A stretch of DNA of 64,000 nucleotides from Schizochytrium sp. TIO01 (Eukaryota > Protista > Bigyra: Labyrinthulomycetes): the NCBI GenBank assembly GCA_004764695.1, contig SMSO01000034.1, positions 4,526,001 through 4,590,000 of the forward strand, written 5' to 3'. The notes below the pieces were generated by a model. The model did no database searches, was not told where the DNA came from, and saw nothing but the letters and a program-made list of their open reading frames with translations. The translations under genes and the position numbers were made by a program. Below, piece by piece: positions 1-10,924 of this stretch. The first letter of the stretch is position 1, and each line of letters begins with the position of its first letter.

Positions 1-1
1 A

Positions 2-1534
2 TGCTCTTTGCGCTTTGACACCTCCGAGAGTACGGTGCAGGAACTAGTTCCAGAGTGGCACTGCCGTGAAGGTCAGATCGAAAACATAATGCGTGTAGCA
101 CAGGAATTTCGTGCATCGCGAGACCTTCGCCCTTTGCGTGTTGTTTTAACTGGACCTCCTGCAACAGGCAAGACAACCCTTGCAGCGAAATTAGCGAAGG
201 AATATTGTCTACCTGTTGTGACTCTAGAGTCAGCAACCCAGGAGATGCTTGCAAGTTTGCATAAAATTCGTACAGATCGTGAAGCTGCTGTACTAGCGTA
301 TGATGAGGAGAAGGCCCGACAAAAGGCAATTCGGGAGGCAGAAGCAAAAATGAACGAGTCAAAGGGCGAAGACAACGATGACGAGGCCAAGGATCCCGAA
401 GATGAGGAAAGTCCTGAGGATGACCCCGATCGACAGGCATTTTTCCGAAAGACGGCCCTGGAAATTCTTTTGGAAAAGTTCGAGAAGTGCATCAGAATCA
501 AGGGCGAGCTCTCAAACAAGCTTGCGGCTCGTGTCCTTCGTGCAAAGCTACTGTCCGCACCGTGCCTGAACCAGGGATATGTTCTTGATGAATTTGATCA
601 AACCTACTTTATGCTACGGTCTATTTTTGAGATGTCGGCAACAGCAGTGCCTGTCCCTGACGAGGAGGACGTTCCTGCAGCTGAGGACGGTGAAGAGGTT
701 GACCCAGACTTTGAAAATGCAGATGACAATCCTCGTGCAGGGACAAGCTCGGAAGAAGGTGAAGAGGGTGGAGAGGACCAGGACGCGCTGTCAGAAATTG
801 TGATTGATCCCCGTATTGTTCCAACTGGTGTGGTGTCCTTGGAAGCCGAGGACGAGGCTTTGCGTGCAATTGCAATGGCCTCTTCGACCATGGATGAGAC
901 AAGTTTCGAATCTCTCCTGGCTCGTTTCCGCGAGCATAGCTCAGAGGATGTCAGCAAGACCCCATTGAATTTCCTGGAAGGTAACTGCAAGCTCGAGACG
1001 CTCTTGTTGCGTGTCGACCTTCCTCAGAGCTCAGACTTTGCTTCTGCAGAACAGAAACACGCCGAAACAGAGAGCAAGATATCTGAGGAGAAATCCGACA
1101 AATCCGTTGCGATGGAGCTTCCAGTCGTCAACTTTGACGCTGTCGGTATGTATGTTGAGCGTGGTGGACGTCCGCAGAACTATCGTCCTACTGCTGAGGA
1201 GCGTGCAACTGCACTCGCACAAGAGAAGGCCAACCAATTGGCTGCAGAAGAGGAAGCACGCCGGGATCGCATGGACTCTGAGAAGCAGCGCCGATACGAG
1301 GAGGAAGATCGTCACAAAGCTCTTGATGCCAATCGTAAGCACGCACTCGAACATGAGGAGGCTCTTCTTAAGGCACGTGCTGAGCCCTTGCACAACTATC
1401 TTATGGAACATGTCATGCCAACTCTCTCAAGAGGCCTCATCGAGACCTGCCGGATACAGCCTGACGACCCTGTAGACTTCCTCGCTGAATACCTCTTTAA
1501 AAATAGTGGCGAGTCTGAATCCCAGATTCCCTAA
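2..1534 (+). CDS. AK7: Adenylate kinase 7-like protein with C-terminal Dpy-30 motif (5' truncated by window edge)
   Basis: P-loop GPPATGKTT, 'CLNQGYVLD' AK segment, acidic coiled-coil inserts, and C-terminal Dpy-30 motif 'PLHNYLMEHVMPTLSRGLIETCRIQPDDPVDFLAEYLFK'. The frame is open from base 2, so the true start lies upstream. Confidence 0.85.
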   Translation, partial: CSLRFDTSESTVQELVPEWHCREGQIENIMRVAQEFRASRDLRPLRVVLTGPPATGKTTLAAKLAKEYCLPVVTLESATQEMLASLHKIRTDREAAVLAYDEEKARQKAIREAEAKMNESKGEDNDDEAKDPEDEESPEDDPDRQAFFRKTALEILLEKFEKCIRIKGELSNKLAARVLRAKLLSAPCLNQGYVLDEFDQTYFMLRSIFEMSATAVPVPDEEDVPAAEDGEEVDPDFENADDNPRAGTSSEEGEEGGEDQDALSEIVIDPRIVPTGVVSLEAEDEALRAIAMASSTMDETSFESLLARFREHSSEDVSKTPLNFLEGNCKLETLLLRVDLPQSSDFASAEQKHAETESKISEEKSDKSVAMELPVVNFDAVGMYVERGGRPQNYRPTAEERATALAQEKANQLAAEEEARRDRMDSEKQRRYEEEDRHKALDANRKHALEHEEALLKARAEPLHNYLMEHVMPTLSRGLIETCRIQPDDPVDFLAEYLFKNSGESESQIP

Positions 1535-3116
1535 TTGGACGAGATTTGCGAGCAGAGAGTAACCTATGCACTGCTCTGTCGTTCCCTCGCGTGCATTCGG
1601 TAAACCTTTATATACTTTTATCACTATAAATATAGACCATTTCTCTAGTTCTTGGCTACGTGCTAATGGACGCAAGCACGATTGGACAGTTGTTCTAAGT
1701 GTAACTTGACTTTTTCATGACTTATACCTCTTCTCCATGCCTCTGCGCAGGCGTTACAATGCACGAACTTCCAAGATCAACAGCCCACTCTCTATAAACA
1801 GTTCATTGCGTTCGCCTATTTAGACCGTCGACTTGCTGGTTTCTCTTGATTTAAACTAGGACCAAGAAGATGTAAATATTGATTTCTCAAACTAATTGAT
1901 ACCTATTATACGCGTGGTGGCCACGAGAGCACTAGATGGCACCATCACGCCTTTGTAACCCCAAGTTCCACATTCTTAGGTGTACTAGATACCTTACGTC
2001 TGTCCATACGACACAGAGTTGCAATCCCCGCGGGATCCGTACCTTTTTAAATCCTATCTCAACAAATCTCTACCAGCTCCGCATCAACCCCCTCCTTCAT
2101 ATGGAGCTATACAGTATACAAAATCAAAATAATGTGTGTTTCCATACCTGCTGGTGCTATCGTTTTCGTCACATGAGACCACCAACGCATGCACTCTATG
2201 GTACCGTAGATACTCTTATGCACTCGCGCCGCTCTTTTATACTGGCTTAAGGTGTCTTATGTCTCGCCGTGTATGTGAACGCCAAAAAGAACAGAACCGA
2301 CCGACGCTTAGAGATCATCTAGATAAAACAATAGGGGTAGGACTAGAATTAAAAGAAGCCGAAGAAGCGCGAAGAACAGAAAGTTTGAAAAGGGAGAAAA
2401 GGAAAAGAAATAAATGTTCAGAATACATACAATACAGAAACAGAATAACACATAAGAACAAAACACAGCAAACAAATAGAGTATACAAATGGGGTATAGT
2501 GAAACAAGTGGAGAATACCAAATGAATAGTATATAAATGAACACCAGGTAAACGAATAGTGACACTAGTCATAGGCATTATAGTAAGAAGGAACTTGAAA
2601 AGAATCGAAAATACTGTTCTTCAAGTTGAGCAGCAAACACCACAGCAGCAGCAGCAGCACCAAACCCGCAAGCGCGCGGCAGCGACGATCCGGACAGCGA
2701 GAAAGCCCGCGTGTGTAAATCAAAGCCGATTGGAAACCTCCGCGCAGGTGCCGAGGTTGTCTAGGTTTGGTGACTTCACGCCTTGTGCTCTTTCCTCTGT
2801 GCGTGTTCGTTCATTTGTGCTGCCCAAGGACAACTCAAAGGACGGCCTCGTTGAGCAGTACACGGCGTAGTTCAATAATCAATCAAAGGGGATTCTGGTT
2901 CACAGTGGTACAGCGGGAGGATATTTCCAGCGGGAGGGTTTTTGTTGCGGATATCTCGCGGAGAAACACATTTGTTGGCTGCTTAGCGAGTCGTGTTTTG
3001 ATTGTCAACATCTGCTAGTTATAGCATTTGTTTTGAGCAGGAGATTGATTGCTGATAATCCTACGTTGTTAGATCTACGACAAAGATTTGCAGTAAAGGG
3101 GTAGTACTTTTGGCAG

Positions 3117-4514
3117 ATGGACAGGTCTGCGTGGTCTTCGCGCAGCCTTTCCGCGGTGCCATCACCACGTGAGAAGGATTCACGTCGTTTATCTGGCGTG
3201 GGCGCTGTGATTGACTTTGATCAGTACGAAGCTGAGGAACGATCCTTCGCAGTGACCACAAGCACGCTTACCGATTTAGACGCCGAAGACGCTTACGATG
3301 CAGAAGCCCTGATTGGTCAGCGCCATATCAGCTTGGAGGTTATTCGCAGTAAGATTCCTAGCAGTATCTTGCGCACCTTCGAACCAAATTCCCTTACCCT
3401 CGCGACACTTGATGACGACAAAAACAGTAACGAAAATAATTCTGCAGATGCCAGACACGACATTGGTGCTACACAGCGAATTGAAAATTCTGCCATTGGT
3501 GCAAGTGGAGCTGGTTTAGGAACAGCAGGTGCTACGGCTGCAAGATCTTCCTCAGCGACTGGGAGTTCAAATGATGGTGCACAGTCTCATGTGCAAGGAA
3601 CTCATCAACACTACAATCAGAATCAAAATACCAATCAAAGCAGTAATCAACAAGGACAGTCTATAGAAAAAGAGGGGCGTGAGGGCATCTTAAGGGCACT
3701 CTCATGTGGTCTTGCTAGGGCACTGCAGGGAGACTCAATGGTGACGGCGCCAGTATTGTACAAAAATGCGCCTTGGCTAGGACGAATCTCGGTCTCGGCA
3801 GGCGACCTAAAGGGAAATGTTGTGACCAAGTACCGGACATATTTTGTTCAAGGTGAGGTCCTGGCTGGCGGACATGTTTTGCCGTGGAAGTTAGGCCGGA
3901 TTTGGCGCTACTCGGAATTGCGACGCGTTCTAGTGGATGATCTGCAAGTTATTGTCTCGCGTTATGGTTTGGAGGACTTCTTCACATCGAATCTGTACAA
4001 CAAGTTTCCTGGCAAAAATTGGTCAGGGCGCAACAAACCGGAGCTGGCTAACCTTCGTGCACAAGGCCTTGAAGGCTACATTGATGCCTTGCTCAAGGCG
4101 TGTAACAAAGCAATTAGTGAATTTGAGCTCAAGTCAAAGAGAAAGGCAAATCGCCGAAGACGGTCCGCGCAGGATGAAGCGGCCGCGATGTCGGGATCGG
4201 CTAGTGTTTCATCCTCTGCTTCTCTTCCGCCCCCTAGCACTGAATTTAGTTTGCCTTCCGAAGCTGCTGTTATTACTTTTGGAGAGGAGGGTGTCTTCGC
4301 TGGCGATACCCCACTCACCGGCTTGGAACTCATGGGTCGAGGAATCTACGAGGTTACTAATTTAATCATCGGTCGCCTTTTGCATGTGAATGGTAATTTG
4401 CGCTTCGACATTGCAAAGCTTTCTGAGGAGTTAGGTGATCTCATTACATCTACTCCTCTTGATCATGTCAACGTAACGAAAGAGTTTAAGATTACTCCAC
4501 AACAAGCGTTATAA
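3117..4514 (+). CDS. PX (phox homology) domain-containing protein, 465 aa
   Basis: Long ATG ORF with PX-like motifs 'IWRYSELRRVL...FPGKNW...LRAQGLEGYIDALL' after a low-complexity N/Q/S-rich N-terminal half. Confidence 0.65.
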   Translation: MDRSAWSSRSLSAVPSPREKDSRRLSGVGAVIDFDQYEAEERSFAVTTSTLTDLDAEDAYDAEALIGQRHISLEVIRSKIPSSILRTFEPNSLTLATLDDDKNSNENNSADARHDIGATQRIENSAIGASGAGLGTAGATAARSSSATGSSNDGAQSHVQGTHQHYNQNQNTNQSSNQQGQSIEKEGREGILRALSCGLARALQGDSMVTAPVLYKNAPWLGRISVSAGDLKGNVVTKYRTYFVQGEVLAGGHVLPWKLGRIWRYSELRRVLVDDLQVIVSRYGLEDFFTSNLYNKFPGKNWSGRNKPELANLRAQGLEGYIDALLKACNKAISEFELKSKRKANRRRRSAQDEAAAMSGSASVSSSASLPPPSTEFSLPSEAAVITFGEEGVFAGDTPLTGLELMGRGIYEVTNLIIGRLLHVNGNLRFDIAKLSEELGDLITSTPLDHVNVTKEFKITPQQAL

Positions 4515-5842
4515 ACTATCCCTCCTGTCTGAAATTTAATCTTCACTCTTTGTTTGTTTTTTCAACTCTGAAGTTTTGAACTATGATTTCAAGGTCATTT
4601 TGAGGTCAGGTTTGCATGTATAAAAGAGTTTTATGTGTTAGCGAGAGACTTCAAGGTTGTATGTTAGAATTGCCAACCAAAAACCAAGCTAGAGATACAA
4701 GAGCCAGCTGCGATAGTCCAAGGTGGCCAGAGCACGGGCCTTGCAAAAATGACGCAACACTCATAAATGTAGACCATGTCCCCCTTGAAGAAGTAGCAGA
4801 GCCAGTGTTTGTATGGTAAAAGTTTATTGGCAATGATCAACGCACTGCGGACAGCTAACATATCGAGGTGTTCAGTATAACAAAATCGAATACTTCAAAA
4901 CTAAGAAGTTGTCTCAGCAGAGGAACTTCTATTTAGACCTTTCGTTTAATATGAGCATCGTATTTTTACTGGAGACTACTGTGCTTTTCCAGGCTTTCTT
5001 CGACTTTATTGCTTTATTCTCATGCCCCTTAAAGCCTTTTGCTGGCAGCAGTTAGACCTAACTACAGACTTTCTGCCTCCATCAGTTACTTGATCCCATG
5101 ACACGGTATATTGGGGCGCGCTTGATGGTGGCTGGAGCAAAACATGTTGGCACCTGACTTTATTCTCATCCAAGATTCGCCTTTGTGTTTGCCTTTTTGT
5201 TTATTTTATTTGACAGCCAAATAAACACCTCTGACTCATGACTTCTCAGCAGCTCACATTAACTAAAAACCCTATACTATAATTTTTGTAAGTTCAAAAC
5301 GAACTGTATGATTTAATTATCGTATCTCAGTTGGAAATTTAGCATACAACAAATCAGGCGCTGCCCAGCTTGACTAATATAGATACAGTCAATTTGCTCA
5401 CAGGTGTACAACATTAATAGAACTTGATCAACCAGGGCAATGAGAAATTAACTAAGCGCGTGCCCTGACCTGTTCACGCTGGCTGGTCAAAGGAGGATGC
5501 GTGGGTTGATGACAAGTATCGTGTTTATTATCACTAGCTATCATGCAAGAGAAAGAAAAGGTATACTCATCAACAAACTTGGTGCACACCAGCGCTGGCT
5601 TGCAAACGCAAATCTCAGGCTTCGCTACTGCTTTTATTGCCATCCATAGTAAGGGCTATCTTAGATCACATCAGCTTCGTGCTTTCTTTGCCTCCAGAGG
5701 CCCCAACGCAGTCCTGGTGGAGCTGAATCATGATCCACACGATCCTTGGAGACCTTCAGCGCCTCCCCAAATGGCCCGACTTTAAACGCGGGGAGATCTC
5801 ATTAGACCCAGGTGAGGTCCCCAATCTCCGCTCCCAGGAAAA

Positions 5843-7154
5843 ATGCTCTCAACGGCTATTTTTGTAAGAACCACAGACCGGCACACGTCAAACACTACAA
5901 AAAAGAAAAATGGGTGCACTCGAGGAGATCGCAGCAAATCCAATTCGAATGCCAGCAAGAACGTGCAGAGCAACAATATATACAACGAAGCTCACATGCA
6001 GCAGCAACAGCGGGAGAGAGAGATCCTCTTGCCCGGCCCCAAGAGCCTGGCCTCCGCCATGCTCGATGACCCAGTGACCAAAAGGTGGTTCAAGTAGAGA
6101 GCCTTATGGGTATCGTTGAGGGACTCTTGGCTGCCGCCAAATGCTCTCGAGGCTCTTGCAGATCATGTAGACAGCCAATCGCGGCCCGAGTACCCTGAAA
6201 CCATCGACGACGAAGAGTACGACGACGATGAGAACATCGATGACGTCGAGAAGGAGGATAACCAAGATTCTTGGAAAGGCTGCAAGGACTCTAGTGGACT
6301 TCGGTTGGGGCGACAGAGGTCTCGGCAGCAACCGGTGTGTACCCCAAAATGATCGTCGGAGAGGACTCGATCAAAGTACCCAAGTATCTCAGCATGTAGC
6401 ACCTGCAGCTTCGTCTAGATCCCAGGGGTTGTCTGCACTCGCTGTAGAAGCACAATCAATGAACAACCAAACTCAAGGACGAGACCAGCCTCAAGAGCGT
6501 GAACGAGTCATGAGACCTCGTCCCAGAAGTGCTTCTGCGCGCGTCTTGAGATCTCGTGGAAGTGCAGTTGAACGCGGGATTGCTATTATGAACTCCACAG
6601 CAACTGCTGCAGCACATATGCAAGGCGCATTGCAACATCGACATCAGATTCGCTTGCATTCTCGAGTGACAGCTGGGAATCTTTTGCTGAGCAGTGCTGC
6701 GCGCCAGGCCAATTTATCAGATGACTATTTGGACGCTCTCATAGAACAGCACGCTCCGATGCTGTCACAGCACACAGAAAGCACGCGAACTTATCGTCCT
6801 CGGTTTCTGAGCATGTCAGCATGGAATGCAAGTTTAGCGCGTGGGGACAGGACCCTTCTTGGTAGCGAGCGCATGCGAGCTTTCTTGCAAGAGGCTATGG
6901 AACCAAACAGTGATACATCAGCTACAGCAAGCAAAGGTCTTGATGCTCGCAAGTTAGACCTGCTTTCATCTTACGAGCTTGTGAAGGCCCTGGATACTGG
7001 ATGCTGTATTTGCCTAGAAGATCTTGAGGAAGGCAACTTGGCAACTGTCCTGCCATGCTCTCACGCTTATCATCAAGGTTGCATTCGTCAATGGCTACAA
7101 GGCCACACCACATGTCCACTGTGTAAATGTGAGGTAGAACCACCTGAAAAATGA
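5843..7154 (+). CDS. RING-H2 finger E3 ubiquitin ligase; 5' part disrupted or uncertain
   Basis: C-terminal C3H2C3 RING 'CCICLEDLEEGNLATVLPCSHAYHQGCIRQWLQGHTTCPLCK' in ORF 6228-7154 (first in-frame ATG 6459). Upstream fragments 5843-6097 and 6116-6352 look coding (Q-rich, D/E-rich) but need frameshifts to join. Confidence 0.75.
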
Positions 7155-8987
7155 TTGGTATGAAGGGAGTCAATTCTTCCTCCCGTGTACATATGATATT
7201 CTTCAAATGTGAAATTAATATTGATCCTTAGTAGAACGAAAGCGTAAACAGTATATCTTCTTTTCTTGTTGACTCAAGCTCTCTTCAAGTGTGAACACCC
7301 TGATGTCTACAGTTTCATGGCTGCCATTTGGCTATCGAAAGTTGGGTAAGTAGGTATCCGAAACGCGCCGGTCTTGGAACACGCAGAGTTCTTCTCATGC
7401 CCACCTTGAGAGTCCATTACCCGAGGCTGGTCCGAAAGCAGTCACCGGCACACCGCGAAGCCATGCCCACCCTTTCTCGGCGAGGGTGACGAGCTTTTTT
7501 TAATTGATGGCGAAGTCAGATCAACTGTCGAGTGTTTCGATTTCCATCGTCCTTGTGGCACCAAATGTAAACCAGAGGCCTGTCCAATGCCCTGGATTTC
7601 TCATCATGTTCTTTCTTATTTATTCAATTTTATCATATATATAATTTTGATTTTTAACCTTTTTTAAGTAAAACAAAACAAGACAAAACAAAAAACATTA
7701 AAATTACGGGCCAAAGTTAGCAATTAAAAATAAATTAAAAATAAATAATAATTTATATACATATGTATAATAGAAGTGAAACAAGTATTTTCAAAGCCAC
7801 ACAAGGTATGATGCTCTTCTCTGTCAAACCTGATCTTCTCAGGTTTGTCCTTATATAGGAACACCTCACCAAATCACAACCTGCCATTCTCGTGGTATCT
7901 TCCGAGTGGCTGCTTTGTCCATAGGTCTGGCGACTAGTTTTGTACCAACTCAAATACCCCAAAATAAGTAGAGGATGCAAAAGTATTTAGCATACCAGTT
8001 ATTCTTTCAGGCAAAAAGAATTTGAACTTGAATTAAAAAATAATATAAAACAAAATCAAGACCAAAAAGGGAACAAGATCCCGGCAAAGCGACGACCAAC
8101 TCATCTTCTTAAAGACTCAGCAATTTTGACCTAGCTGCTAAACGCGCAGGTAAAGGTCCCAAGACCTTTTTATCACTCCTCTACTAAGGGCGTTCAAGAT
8201 GTAATGTTGAGCCAATTAGAGTGAACACCCAGTGTTCCTAAAACAAAGGAAATACTTTGTCCAAAAATAACACAGTCAATAAATAAGCGTTCATAAATGT
8301 ACTAAATCAGTTTGACAAGACGTGAAGAGGCTTGCGCAAAGTTAGATGTAGCAGCCCCGGCGATGGTATCGTACGGCGAAAACCTTGATAACATTCATTT
8401 GCTGAGAAGCTTATATGCGATTCAAAGCATTGGATATTCGCAAGCAGAGGGTGCCCCCGCAGCCATAATAGCGTCGCCATCTTGGAAATCTCACTCGAGG
8501 TCGATTCAGACCATTTTCTTTCCGCTCCCGTGCTACCTAAGAAAGAAGAAACTGCCACAAGGAGGGATATTGTTATTCAGTCAGGCACGAGGCTCTCGAG
8601 AAACAGCCAAGAAACTTGCTTTGAAGGATTGCCAAGCTCGTGTTAACTCAAACTTGAACCTCGGGTCTGTTTAGAGGAAGACGTAGACTGTACAGAGTTA
8701 CATGCGTGCAGGCAAGCGAACTCTCGCCTACTTAATTCATCGAAATAGTTCACTGGAAAAAACAAAAACAAAAGCAAAAAACTTTCTGGAGAGCTTTTGA
8801 TTTGTGGCTGCAAAAAGGAGAGGGACATGAGATTGCAATTTTGTAGTCTTCTTTGAAAATATGAATAATGCAAAGAGTCGGGCTTTACTTGGTTATTTTT
8901 TAATATATAAAAGAATGATTCAGAAAGTCGCGATGGTGTTTTCAACTTTTGCTACGAGTAGGACTTGGATGATCTGGATTAAAATGC

Positions 8988-10477
8988 TTAGGTGGAGCCA
9001 ACAACCTTGAGGCCGGTGGGCTCGCCCCAGCTCTCGGCGTCGTCGTAAAGAATACGCACAGGCATGCTGCCATTGTCAAGACTCTGTCTGCCAGCCTCCA
9101 GGACCGCTGTGGTGAGCATGGTGGTCTCAACTGTAGGAAGATCACGGTTGCAATCCTCAATGGTGCATTTGCCTTCGCGAAGTGCAGTTGCGTATGAAAC
9201 GAAGGCCTCAATGGAACGGTAGCCGTATCCGAGCTGACCAGCGAACTCACCTTGCGGGTTTGGCTTGTACTTCATGAAGAGAGGGTTGCACGAAGCATAG
9301 CCGCTCTCGTCAGTGGCAACCTCGAATCCACGGTGTGCTGTGTTTAGACGTCAAGCAATTCATCCATTTTGTAAATCATCAGTTGATTTCGTCTGTGTTA
9401 GTCATTCAATCCCGAGCTACGAATTATTGTACAATTAGCTCAATAATGTTTAGCCAAATGCCCCGATTCCTTTTTGAGATCGTAGCAATTTCAATCTGTA
9501 AATCTCTTCAAATGCAAAGCTGCCGCTTTAATGACAAGCCTGGATCCAATATGAGACTTACCTTGGTCAACGCGGATCTCGCCCTTGTGGCCCATGTAGA
9601 AGAATCGCTGCTGTGAGTGAACCTCGCCTGGGGGCGCAATCCATGAAGATGTGTACACAGCAGTGCCAAGGCTGCCAGACTCGCGGTTCTCCCACTGCAC
9701 AAGCAGCGTGATGGTATCCTCGCATGAGTCGGCGGAGACAATTTTCTCGGCAACACCAGTGGATGCGTTAGCTGTGACAGAGACCGGACGGGCCCGACCT
9801 GCAGAACACCACTCGTGAAAGTCAATGTGGTGGGAGTTCAAGTAGTAAGAGATATCAGACGCCTTACCTGCCCAAGACTTGAAGGTTTCCAGCTGAGTCT
9901 TGGGCTGCGACATGTACGCGTTCATGTATGAAAAGTCTCCAAGCGCAGCCGAGCGGTCGCGAGCATCGGTGTAGATAGGGTCAAATCGCTTGTGAACCTC
10001 ACACATAAGGAGTACTTTCTTCTCCCTTGCAAGTTGGATAAGGTCGCGATGCTCCTCGAGGGTCTTGACGAGAGGCTTTGTGGTGAGGACATGCATACCA
10101 CGCTCTACAGCAGCACGTGTGATCTCGTAGTGGGTGTCATCTGGCGTAAAGACTGTGACACAATCTCCGGGCTTGAAGGCATCAAGGGCCTTGAGATATG
10201 CCTTCGGGTCCACCTCGTCATCGCCTGGGAAGCTCTCCATGGAGCAGTCCATGTCGGTGTATGCGTCGGCGATGTTTTTCTTCATGTGCTCCCGGATCGC
10301 AGGAAGCTTCTTACCATTGACACCGCAAAGTCCAAGACGCTTGACACGGCCTCCACGACGACGGAGATCAATCATCACCACGCCGACGACGCCTGCACCC
10401 TTGTCAGACTCGGCAACGCTCGTAGGTGAGTACCCTGTGGTGTACTCACCAGTGCCAATCATCAAGACATCCGTCAT
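8988..10477 (-). CDS. gaaA: Gfo/Idh/MocA-family oxidoreductase, D-galacturonate reductase GaaA-like; 2 exons (10477-9562, 9337-8988), 421 aa
   Basis: Motifs [57 protein letters not shown] and GQLGYGY match Aspergillus GaaA as I recall it. Splicing GTAAGT(9561)..ACACAG(9338) restores 'VDQAHRGF...NPLFMKY'. Confidence 0.85.
9338..9561 (-). other. Spliceosomal intron (224 nt) of GaaA-like gene
   Basis: GTAAGT donor, GACTAAC branch-like motif at 9403-9397, CAG acceptor. Removal restores the reading frame and conserved motif. Confidence 0.85.
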
Positions 10478-10899
10478 GGTGCTTTCGTGTTGTTGATTTT
10501 ATTCCTCTGATTCTTTTTCTTATTGCTTTCTAGCAACTGGAGGTGATCGTATAGCAAGGATTCTGTGCCTCGACAAGTTCGGGTTTTGCAGGCTCGCTTG
10601 AGCTGTTTCGTTTTGCGGGTTTGCTTGCTTCTCAGCAATCCAAAGCGTGGATATCTACTACTCCCCTTCTTCCCTTTTCCCTGCGATCGCATAATATTTA
10701 TCTTCTCAACTCACTTTTTCTTCACCTTCATTAGGAAACTATTAAAAATATTTATCATTTAAAGAGGAGAAGAAAAAGAAAAAAGCTACGAGCTATGAAT
10801 ATTTAAAAACTTAAATTTAATAAAATTAGTACTATGATAATCATGATAATTTTTCTGGTGAACTGAAAAGAAGCCTCAGGCTGATAATTTAGTTTAATT

Positions 10900-10924
10900 A
10901 AAAAAAAAAAAAAAAAAAAAAAAA
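10900..10924. repeat. Poly-A tract (A25)
   Basis: Direct reading. Confidence 0.9.

Noticed and set aside
6095-6097. TAG/TAA reassignment (ciliate-like genetic code) suggested by in-frame stops here and at 23010-23220
   Set aside because: Intact genes in the window terminate normally at TAA (AK7, GaaA, cysteine synthase, NIPA, PSMB1) and have no internal TAR codons.
6342-6352. Euplotes-type AAA-stop +1 programmed frameshift (CCA AAA TGA)
   Set aside because: The other frameshift sites lack this motif, and the shift could equally lie at AAA ~6275; homopolymer error is more parsimonious.
10900-10924. Poly-A tails (also 52476-52500) as retroposon ends
   Set aside because: No target-site duplication or shared upstream body was seen between the two tracts.
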